Part shown: positions 11,960-23,000 of the stretch, one piece after another
Layout of the letters: every line of letters starts with the position of its first letter
How positions within the stretch are numbered: the first letter of the stretch is position 1
Assembly (NCBI RefSeq): GCF_001186125.1
Contig: NW_014040235.1
Location: 7,789-39,989 of the forward strand
Direction of reading: 5' to 3'
From: Sphaeroforma arctica JP610
Taxonomy: Eukaryota
Length of the DNA: 32,201 bases
Position numbers and translations under genes: made by a program
The notes under the pieces: model-generated
Database searches by the model: none
The model's input: the letters and a program-made list of their open reading frames with translations, nothing else
What the model was told of the DNA's origin: nothing

Positions 11960-12650
11960 TATATCACATGCATGTGAAGCATCATTGCTTGTAGTGCAAG
12001 GTGTAGCAAGAGACATGCTCATGTGTGAAGATGATGAATTATGCTTCGCCTCACTCCTGCTAAACGAAGTTGTGAAAGAGATCCAATAGGTGAAAAGACC
12101 ATTCAGGCTATATCCAAGATATGCCTTTATATCGTTTACAGAGAGCATGATAAACCATATTTACTTCGCATTACTCCCGGGTTGAAGTGTTGTAACATCA
12201 AATGTGACCATTGCCGTTATAATCAGATGAAACCATCGCCGCTGAAAAATTGATTACCATTATGCTAAAGCAACAAGGTGTAGTAGTCAAATTAACCTGA
12301 ACAATAGGGAAGAGCATTGCGATGCATCTTACCAACTTAATTCACACCAAAGCGGCAAAGTGTCCAAGTATCGAAGACAAATAAAGACTATCTATGAAAG
12401 AGGAGAAACTGCAGAATACGAACTATCATATTCCTCTGGCAACCACGATGATTCACGTCTGGTACCTTGTCTACTCGCAGACTTTGTGGTAGCCTTGATT
12501 TACGAAAGAGAGCTTTTTTACAGATTGAATTTAAAAAGGATTTTGGCTGGCAACTTCGAATATTCAGAACAATTGTTTCGACTACTAAATATTGACTTTT
12601 CGAGACCACCACGTCTTTGCTCACAACATTGAATCGAAGGAGTGGTTCAT
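11960..12650 (+). pseudogene. Possible highly decayed hAT-like DNA transposase fragment
   Basis: Broken frames give ARDMLMCEDDELCFASLLLNEVVKEIQ* and ...FWLATS/xSEQLFRLLNIDFSRPPRL...IEGVV, loosely resembling the hAT C-terminal dimerisation motif (PATSxxxERxFS...RxRL). There are multiple stops and frameshifts, and no terminal inverted repeats were found. Confidence 0.2.
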
Positions 12651-13199
12651 TGATTTTCCATTTGTTTTTATACAGATTCATAGGATAACATTTCTATTCA
12701 GAAGTCTTTTGGAGATGTGATAAGAATATACATGAAAACTTATACACTAAACATACAGTTGTATATAAGACCTATACAACAGCTATATTATACACAGCTA
12801 CACTCGCTATCGTTCACACTTTTCTCTTGCTCTTTCACATATAAATATTATATATACTCTCCATACATTTTACATATAAAATCTTAATTTGTAAATTTCG
12901 TCGCATCTTATCACTGATTGGTGTTCTGATAAGCTCTCACAAAAAACCAACACAGTTTTGAGTTTAGACTTCAGTGAACACTGAACACACATCATTGTCA
13001 TTATCAGACGGATATGTAAATAAATAAAGACAACAGCTATTTTTGAGATAGTAAGTATTCAACACCACATATACAACGTCATAGGTAGTTGTATAGTACA
13101 TAGCACGACATAATACTTACCATAACACACCTCACACACCTCAGGCACCATACAAACAACAGTATATACAACCCACGCTTGCATACTCAAGCTACGACC

Positions 13200-16100
13200 A
13201 TGAACATTTCCCAGGCAGTCGCGTTGCTGGACAAGGTGTCTAGCAAGGCTGACGATCTCGAACACAAAGTGATTATCATAACCAGTGATCTAGAAGCACA
13301 ACAGAGTCAGGATTTGGCTGCTCTTTCTCAAGTAAGTGATAGTAATAACAGCCTTCTCTAAATAAGTGGATGGAAGCATTAATAGTGGAGAACCTTCATG
13401 CTCACGCTCGGAAAATAGTGTTGGTGCTATAGAATTCGTGTGATGCACCTGCTGTTGATACAGTGACCTCATTGTATTGTGACGGTTCTTTTTTAATATC
13501 CACAGAATATCTATAAAGCTACTAATATATGTATGTATCTCTATGCCGACTCAGGTTGCTCGCCTTCACATAGATATAGTGAAGTTTATTCTGCACAACA
13601 ACCACCTTTTGTATTGTAAACGTGTATTATCAAATTGTCAACCGTGCTTACGGTTGCCAAGTCAGAAGTTACCAAATTCATGAATATGTTTATAAAGGAC
13701 CCTTCAAGAATGCACCTTGACTTATATATTCCTAAGCATAAAGTTTTATACTATTTAAATGTGTACTGGCACGCCTAAGAAAATCCAGTGTCTATGCACA
13801 TATATATTTCAGCCCGAGTGAGTACAGATTCAAATATGTCAAAAACGACTGTATTTAAATATCTACGAGTGTATTTCCAAGAATGAAAGAGGTAGCAAAT
13901 GGGGAACGAAAGTTATANNNNNNNNNNNNNNNNNNNNNNNNNNNNNNNNNNNNNNNNNNNNNNNNNNNNNNNNNNNNNNNNNNNNNNNNNNNNNNNNNNN
14001 NNNNNNNNNNNNNNNNNNNNNNNNNNNNNNNNNNNNNNNNNNNNNNNNNNNNNNNNNNNNNNNNNNNNNNNNNNNNNNNNNNNNNNNNNNNNNNNNNNNN
14101 NNNNNNNNNNNNNNNNNNNNNNNNNNNNNNNNNNNNNNNNNNNNNNNNNNNNNNNNNNNNNNNNNNNNNNNNNNNNNNNNNNNNNNNNNNNNNNNNNNNN
14201 NNNNNNNNNNNNNNNNNNNNNNNNNNNNNNNNNNNNNNNNNNNNNNNNNNNNNNNNNNNNNNNNNNNNNNNNNNNNNNNNNNNNNNNNNNNNNNNNNNNN
14301 NNNNNNNNNNNNNNNNNNNNNNNNNNNNNNNNNNNNNNNNNNNNNNNNNNNNNNNNNNNNNNNNNNNNNNNNNNNNNNNNNNNNNNNNNNNNNNNNNNNN
14401 NNNNNNNNNNNNNNNNNNNNNNNNNNNNNNNNNNNNNNNNNNNNNNNNNNNNNNNNNNNNNNNNNNNNNNNNNNNNNNNNNNNNNNNNNNNNNNNNNNNN
14501 NNNNNNNNNNNNNNNNNNNNNNNNNNNNNNNNNNNNNNNNNNNNNNNNNNNNNNNNNNNNNNNNNNNNNNNNNNNNNNNNNNNNNNNNNNNNNNNNNNNN
14601 NNNNNNNNNNNNNNNNNNNNNNNNNNNNNNNNNNNNNNNNNNNNNNNNNNNNNNNNNNNNNNNNNNNNNNNNNNNNNNNNNNNNNNNNNNNNNNNNNNNN
14701 NNNNNNNNNNNNNNNNNNNNNNNNNNNNNNNNNNNNNNNNNNNNNNNNNNNNNNNNNNNNNNNNNNNNNNNNNNNNNNNNNNNNNNNNNNNNNNNNNNNN
14801 NNNNNNNNNNNNNNNNNNNNNNNNNNNNNNNNNNNNNNNNNNNNNNNNNNNNNNNNNNNNNNNNNNNNNNNNNNNNNNNNNNNNNNNNNNNNNNNNNNNN
14901 TTTTTAAATTAGTAAATGTCCGATATTGTGTATGTGTACATTTGATAGGATGGGAGAACACTGATATTGTTCTGTGAAGTCTCTTTTGTTTCTTCATTTT
15001 CTCAGTCGTACGTATAGGTGTTGATACGTGTGAAATTCTCTCTGTATTTTGTTATATCGCCTCTCGAACTCTGTCGGGTTAGACGAGCATTCAATGAGTT
15101 CAATTGACTCTGACATATGAGGAAAGTCAGGAGCTGTCTCGTGTGTTCCGTACTACTACAGTTACATCCTTTTTGTTGCGTTAGTCATTTGGCTGCTGCG
15201 CACCTCTTACTTGACAAATCAAGTGAATGTAGAGCCTATCGACCTCTGTCACCATAGTAATCCACTCTGCCCACCCCTGACTTCCTCTTCTCGTTGTACT
15301 GTCCATTTTCCCTCACTGTGTCCGGCTCTGTACAGATCGAGCAGTCGCAACATGCAGGTGCCGCCCAACAGGCCCTCGATATTATGCGGTCCCCTAAAGC
15401 CATGAAGGCAACCCACATCCCCAGGATGGGTCTGGATCAGGAGATCACACGCGTTATGTGTGAGCTAGATGAACTTATATTCAACGAGGAAACCAAGGCG
15501 ACCCAGCCCGCCGAAGTGACCGAAATCAGAGGCAAAAGAAAAGCCTTGACTCAACGGTAGGCAATCTTGTATTTATTGTTTGGAAGTACCGGATGTATTC
15601 AAGCGTTGGCTGAGAGTGAGTGAAGATACTGTTGCACCTGTCTGTCGTCATCGTTGGATCAGCTCTATATATAACAGGTCTAGCTTCTGTATCTCTGCCC
15701 TTACATCTGACTATCTCGTGCCATATTAACAATCACTGGTTATCAAAATTTTTAGGGGAATATAACGTGCCAAATTAATGCTTTTTGTGCTTTTATCACC
15801 CGTTGCGATGTTTTCCTGCGTTCGTACCAGTTTTGACTTAGAAATACACCAAGCCTCCTTCGCACATACGTTGCATTAATCTCTGCATTCCTACCGCATT
15901 ATATATCAGTAACCTACTTCACGTGTATTGTACTATATACCACCAAAAGCCAGCTGCGTAGGTATTGAGTGTGTACGCTTAAACGATGGATAAATGTTCT
16001 GAATACCGCACGGATTTGCCTTTCAATTCTCAGCCTCATTTTTAATCCCCTTCAGATTGCACGGGATTGCAAGTAATCTGGATAAAGTGGTCGAAAGCTT

Positions 16101-18468
16101 CAAACCGGTTAAAGAAAAAATGGACCAGTTGCAACTGAGCGTCACGAATTGTAGGTCAAAATATCTGTGTGATGTATCGTGCGTGGTGGTTATACTGAAT
16201 AAGCAGATTGGTGCGATCCGGAACAAGTATCTTGTGTATTTCCCACAAGGGGCATTAGCGCTCTCATGCCGATGGCTGATTACACAGATGTTCCGTGTAG
16301 AGCGGGAAACGGAGTACAAGCTATTAGCACAATAGGGCATTTGCGCCCATAGTCCCACACTTGGAAGTGATGCGTGTAAATTACAACCTCCAACACCCGG
16401 AAATGCCAGTATACATACATACATACATACATACATACATACATAAATACATAAATACATACATGCATACATGCATACATGCATACATGTATACATACAT
16501 ACATACATATATACATACATACATACATACATACTTGCATTTATTTGCTGATATCTCCGTCACAGACCAGATCCCAATTCATCCTATCCATCCCTGCCAC
16601 TCACTATACCCTCTTTCACTTTGTAACAGCACCGGTAGCTGGTCGTAGTCCCGCACCACCCGGCATTCACTCAGCCCCTATGACACCCATGCACGTGTCT
16701 CCCACCCCTTCTCAGAACACTGGGCAGATTCCAGACAAGAAAACCGGGCCCGGACCCGGGCCCCAGCCTTCGCCTCTAACTGGCGCAAATAATGCCCGTA
16801 CAGCCTCACCCAACCCTCAGGCGACCACAGGCTGGAATGCTTTCTCTCCAGGCAACTGGAATGACTCGGCGGGTGTGCCTGGGAATGTGCAGGCCACATC
16901 AGGAGCAACCATGCCAACCCCTGCGCAGAACCATGCAGCTGCACCCGGAAGCACAAACGCAAACGCACACGCAAACGCAAACGCAAACTCGTACACAGAC
17001 ACACAACAACAACAACAACCGACAGGTGGCGCTGGCTGGAACGCTTTCCCAGCCCCACCACCGGCCCAGTCAACACCTCCGACACAACCAGCCCAGCCAC
17101 AGCACACACAGGCACCTGTATCTACACCTACACCACCAACTACACAGACAGGGGCGGTATCAGGCGGATGGGCAGCCTTCGGTGATGCGCCCCCTAACGA
17201 CCAATCGAACGCCTTGGAAGCGCAACAGCAGCCAATGAAAACGCCGGAAACGAATCCGGCCGTGTGGCCGCCGAGTGTGGAGTCATTTGCGGCGGATATG
17301 CAGGCAGCGAAAGGGCTGGCACAACAGAATCAGCAGTACCAACAACCACAGCAACAACAGTACCAGCAACCACAGCAACAACAGTACCAACAGCAACAGC
17401 CACAGCAACCACAGCAACAACAGTACCAACAGCCACAGCAACAGCAATATCAACAGCCACAGCAACAGCAATACCAGAAGCCACAGCCACAGCAACAGCA
17501 ATACCAACAGCCACAGCAACCACCGCCAGGAATGGGCGTACGCACCACCGCCCCGCAGGCCCAGGCACATGTGTACAATGCACAACTCCCCACAGCCGTA
17601 CAATCACCCAGCACACCTACCAATGGCAACCCAGGGCTGTCGCCTGGCGCCGCTAGCGCGAAAGCCCCAATCACCGCCACCAAAGGGAGCGCAGGCCCAG
17701 CCATGTCCAACTACGACGCGTTGGCCGATCTACATGCCGCGGGAGGCGCATCCACATTCTCACCCACACCCGCGCACGCACCACCGCCACAGTACTGTTT
17801 AGGGGCGGCTCAGGCGGTCCTGCACCCGGCAATGGGCAGCGCCCCTGTAACGCCTAATTATAGTGCGTTTGGAGAGATCTCTGCGGCCACAAGTACACAC
17901 CCACCCCAGAAACATAGGGCCAACTCGCCTGCTCAGCATCCACACATGCAGGGTCAGGCCCAGGGTCAGGGTCAGGGTCAGGCTCAGGCACAACCCCAAC
18001 GGCAACAGCAACGACCGCATTCACCACAGCAACCAAGGCAGCAGCAGCAACGTATGCCGCCAGCACAAGTATCCCCTGGCACTGCACAACCGCCACAAGC
18101 CGGCAAGCAGGGTGAGATGACAGCCCCCCCCCCCTCAGTACCCCTATGAAACCATCGCAGTCATGACCCAATCCCAGACAGCCGTGTTCCACAAGGAGAT
18201 GCAGGACTGGATGGCGGCGAACTCGGCCTATGCGCCATCGTACCACCAGCAGATGACGGTGATCTTCCAGAAGGCGCAGGCGTACTCGGCACAGCTTGTG
18301 CAGTATGGAGCCATGTTGGCCAGTAACCCACAGGGGGCACAGGCGTGGTTGGTGCAGTACGAGACCAGTGACCCGAAGGCGGCGGATATTTTTAGAAAGT
18401 GCTATGTTGCTAAGGCCAAAGCGATGCAGATCGATGCTCAAAAGCAGCAGCAACAGGCACGCAAATAA
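13200..18468 (+). CDS. Putative BAG-domain (Hsp70 nucleotide-exchange factor-like) protein with a long Pro/Gln-rich region and a C-terminal helical domain. Exons 13200-13331, 15336-15556, 16056-16150, 16630-18468, with a frame break at ~18124-18160; extra exons could lie in the N gap.
   Basis: Phase-consistent GT-AG splicing gives MNISQAVALLDKVSSKADDLEHKV...GLDQEITRVMCELDELIFNEE...EIRGKRKALTQRLHGIASNLD, which fits the BAG helix 2/3 pattern (L..LD.l ... R.KRK.L ... l...D). About 500 aa of P/Q/A-rich low-complexity sequence follows, then the ORF at 18163-18468 in the +1 frame. Confidence 0.72.
13918..14900. other. Assembly gap (N run) within the first coding intron of the BAG-domain gene
   Basis: Run of N. 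Confidence 1.
16410..16534. repeat. (TACA)n microsatellite, intronic
   Basis: atacatacatac... with tgca/taaa variants. Confidence 0.95.
17331..17520 (+). repeat. Coding tandem repeat with a ~24-nt unit encoding QQYQQPQQ
   Basis: Repeated CAGTACCAACAGCCACAGCAACA-like units, translated as QQYQQPQQQQYQQPQQQQ... Confidence 0.9.
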
Positions 18469-20004
18469 GGAAGGATTGGCGGTAGTGACAATAGATACAT
18501 GTAGTTTAATAAAAAGTATGCTGTGTTACTTTCATCGGACAACTCCAGCTGTATAAGTTCACGGCTCACATATAGGCATACCAAGTTTGCTCACTCGCAG
18601 CACACTGAGAAGAAACGGAGAAGAATATCACTCACAGACTATTTGTCCTGTCAGCTATGGCCGGTCCCAACCTACTGGACAGCGGTACTCTGTTAGATGG
18701 GGCACAGACGTGGAATGCCTCACGCTTAATCGGCGTGATCATATGATTTTGTGCTCAGTTCGCGGTGTGTTGAAGGAGCAGGGCTTGTCTGCAGGTGCGT
18801 TATCTTCGTATAACGAGTCTAAGGTAAGGAACTCATGACAGTACAAAGCATTTTTACTAGTAGAAAAGGGCCGCCTAACGCGAAGGTAATGTATACTAAA
18901 TTTAGATCAGCAGTTGTGCGACTATCGTAGTAGATAATGTGTGGCCTCGCAAGTCCAAAAAATTACACTTGGGGCCTGGACGGCTAGGACCGGCCAAAAT
19001 TCTGAGACGCTCAAATGCAATTGACTTAACACACGGTGACCTCTCACCCATCGAGAGCGCCTTGGAAAAGAAAGAGAGTACCAAGTGGTGTAGCAATCGT
19101 ACTAGAATCCTTTGAGGCTGAGTAGCTAAAGCTAAAACTTCACAGTTGAGACCACGCACTTACAGTAACAGATTGACGAGAGGATGGCGTAGCCACTGCC
19201 CACTACAGAAAGGATCGCGTGGAAGTCGGAAAGGGAAGCGCACTTATAGTACATTGTATATGCTTTGAGTACCTCTGCACGGGTTTCTCATCGCCACTTT
19301 CTTATTAGCCGGATGGAGGCTGGATAAATAGAAGCTATCAGCGTAAGTAGCATACATCGGTGAGTGAATCATCTACAATTCCAGAACGATCGATACCGTC
19401 GGCGGGTATGTTGCTCAGCAATGATATGGGTTTTGCAGCATCAACAGTGTACTAAGTTTGATATTTAATTTGCTCATGTGAGGTGGCCAATGAAACCTCT
19501 CCGCTTTCAACGTGTGCGCCATAAATAGTACCAGCCACAATCTCCGTGTACTTCGCCTGTAGCAAAGCATAGCAGACACCCCACCCCGTCAATCCCAGTA
19601 ACCCACACGCCTGTAGCCCTCAGGTGGTATGAGATGAGCACGTTGTAACTGATGATCGGGTGCAAGCGGTCTAGGCCAATGCAGATGAAGGTCGTGGCAT
19701 AGAAAAGCTACGCTCTGATATAGTAAACGTAATGGCACTAAAAAGCTATCCAAGTAAATCTGTTGCTTGCGCCTGCAGTTTCGCCCCCATAAGCGCACAA
19801 TTTATCAGCTGAGAGAAACCTGCTTTCCCATGTCTGTACATCGTCAGCGTGTCACAAGTCTGATCTAAGCCAAGTCAGTTCTCTCGCTTAGAAAAGTACT
19901 CAGGTCAGCAGTATTTCGTATCGTTGATATGATAGGGTGCGGATGCAATCTACAGTACATGCGCGTTCCAATTGGCAGCCGTACATGACCTGCCTCGTAT
20001 GCAG

Positions 20005-23000
20005 TTAAAGAGTGTTGGTCACATACGACTGGCCTTGACTGAGAGAGCTGTATGATCCTCCATCTGCAGATACAGTGTTGCGTGATTGAGTATACAAGGA
20101 GGAATAGACAACAAAGTACAAAGTCGAGTACCGAATTCTTTTTTGCTATGGCGCACTTGTTTCACCTACAAGCAAAACCCTAAACCCTAAGTGTCCCTGC
20201 ACGAGACCAGACAAGGTTGATCTTCAAACAGAGAAGAATGTATGTGTACATAGTGGTCGAACGTCAAAAAGTAGGTAGGAAAAAAAACACTACTATATCG
20301 ACCGGTTTGTGTGACTCAAAAATCGAGGTGTCGGAGGATATATGCTTGTAACTTCCACCACTATCGATTCGAAGTTGGAGTCGACAACGAAATATACAAG
20401 CATTTAAAAGCATATATATATATATATATATTTACCTATATACCTATATATTGTACATGTATAGATATATGTGTATTATACTTACCTAATAGGGGGGAAT
20501 TTCCTATCGAGGGACTCCTGATTCCCAGTCGACCTAAGTAGCCACTGCGAATAGACTCTGTATCCTTCCTGTCACGTGTAACAAATCATTGGCAAAAGAT
20601 GAGAAATGATCAAGCAGCCTGGAATGATATATACTCGGATGGTTGGCCCGGAGGATATGTATGATATATACTCGGATGGTTGGCCCGGAGGATATGATCG
20701 GTACGCTTCTAATACCTAGCTACATCCGGGGATGCGCGACTAATCTGCGGTGCCTGAGTGAATAGAACCCCGTACTGGAATCTGCTTCGCGATAAGGCAT
20801 CCATCTATACATGCACATATAACATATCTACCACCCAAACGGCAATCCTCCCAGAACAGCCCAAAAATGCCGAACCTACTTGAGATCGCGCAGCTGCTCT
20901 TCCACTGAGTATGAATAGTCCTCCCAGATGAACTGTGTGACGTCCATGAAGTCGCCCCGTTGGTGCAGCAGGTGGTTGATACCTCTCTTCTTGATCTTGT
21001 CGGTGGTGATCGGTAGCTTGGTGACACCCAACATGCGGTTAAACAGCGACGTGAACAGATGCGAAAACCGGTACATAGCCAAGCCAGACACAATCACAAA
21101 GAGCCCGATGTACCCGTTCACTCCCAACGGTTTGTAGCCCTGCAGTAGCATGAAGGTGCATAGGCCGTTATGAGTACCATTTGCCACATGTCTAGAGGCA
21201 ATGAGCCCCCAGCGGGATATATTGATACGGACAAGCGTGTATATTCAGATTAGTGGCGTAGACAGTATCATAAACTGTGTTCTATGACGACTAGAGCGGG
21301 TATTAGACACACCAAAATGTACTGATTACATTCAATATAGTGGACAACAAAGTCGGAATACTATTATGCTGCGCCAAATTAGACGGTTTTCCTGAGGACG
21401 AGGGTATACGACTATTGAATATACATGTACCGCACTATGATATGTATATGAAACAGCGTGAAAGCAAAACTCGTATAGTATGATATATATATGAAACAGT
21501 GTTAAAGCAAAACTCGTATAGTATGATATATATATATGAAACAGGGTGCAAAACTCGTATGGCGTAGTATGTGCTATCGGAAATAAACTTACATAACAAA
21601 CACAAACAAGCTCGCAGAAACAAACTCACACACCGGCATAAATGGCATGGCGAACGCCGCAGAGCCCATTGGCACCATCAGCGCCATCGCCAACCATAGA
21701 AGATTGGCGTTCCCGTACTTGAGAATCAGAATCATGAGGATGTTGTAGCCCAGATTGAGGACGCAATATATATTGACATAGAGGGGGGCCATGCCGCAGT
21801 CATCTACAGTCACACCCTGGTATCAGAGATATAAGTTGTCATGAGTCATATGCTACTTGGATGGTAGACAAGCCTCATAAGTAATGCGAGCCTAAATGTA
21901 CCGAACATCGTGTCTAACTTCTATCTAGCCAGACAGATGCCTCTCGTGCAATTTGTATACAGACAGACTTCTGTTATGCACGTGTGCACAACGAGTGTTG
22001 TACTGACTGACCTCAGATGCTTCGTATATCGAGTTGATACCCAAATAGCACTTTAATCCCCCAGCAAGCATATCAGGGATCTTAGTGATCGAACCGCCTA
22101 TTCAAAATAATAAAATGTTAAATGAGAAGCGAAGTCAAAGAAAGATGTGCTCGGTAAAGATCAAGCACATACAAAGCAATCGATCAAACATGTACTTAAA
22201 AATGGACAACGTAGAGTGATACGGCATATGACAGTTTTGAGCCAATGTTGCATAAAAAAAATTTGTAATTTTGAATGTTCGGCGTCTGGCGAAGTATATG
22301 TACACGTATAGGTAGGCACAGGCACTACAGGCAGCAGCGTCTGCGACATACGAATTCTACATGCTAGATAAAAACAAACATCTCTGAGCTAGAAAAGGCA
22401 ATCCACCGTCATAAGTACACCTACTACAGGCGGAAAAATGACATGCACAACAACCCAACATATCAGACAGGCGCTGTGTTGGACCCACCTGGTACAGTGT
22501 ATGCTGCTGGGATGGCCAATGGTAGTCCTACTAGCAGCTGCCACACAGCCACCCATCCGTTCAGATATATGGGGTCTATCTCTTGGTCACCAAGTGCTTC
22601 TTCCTGGTTATGAGTGGAGATCGAATTGCAGGGCATGGCAAACGGTCAGAAATGAGACAATCAACTTAAACGGGGGAGGGGAAGGAGAAGAGAAAGGGGT
22701 GAAATAGTGGTAAGCAATGTGTTGGTAGTGCTATCTGTCGACTAACCATAGAACCAGGTACATTAAAAACACTGTCGGATCTCCGGCACGCTGTATTGTC
22801 AGGTGATGCAGACGGGCGAAGTAATCAATGCAGCAAACGTGATACATCCGCAGTTCGTACGCGACCTTGACAACGCGTGTGGTTTCATACATATGACAAT
22901 AACATGGAGTCGAGCAAAGATGCGTGATGCAGGGTCGCATCATAGTACCATATGGGTTTCACCTTGAAGCTTGGAATAACCTCCCAATCAATGGCCCACA

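Noticed and set aside
12031..12037. Perfect box C ATGATGA
   Set aside because: No matching box D or terminal stem lies within normal snoRNA length.
13855..14997. Long ORFs spanning the N gaps (also 24556-25584)
   Set aside because: Artefacts of translating N.
16023..16563. YVCM/IHTY-repeat ORFs, and similar ones at 9926-10353, 24265-24487, 29146-29390 and 30283-30989
   Set aside because: They are translations of microsatellites. The first ~50 aa of ORF 16479-18149 are likewise intronic.
758..18468. CDC37 and the BAG gene as a chaperone gene cluster
   Set aside because: They are separated by ~10 kb and unrelated genes, and eukaryotic neighbourhood alone is not evidence without conserved synteny.
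20174..20190. AAAACCCTAAACCCTAA as a telomeric remnant
   Set aside because: Only two units, inside a predicted intron; too short to separate from chance.
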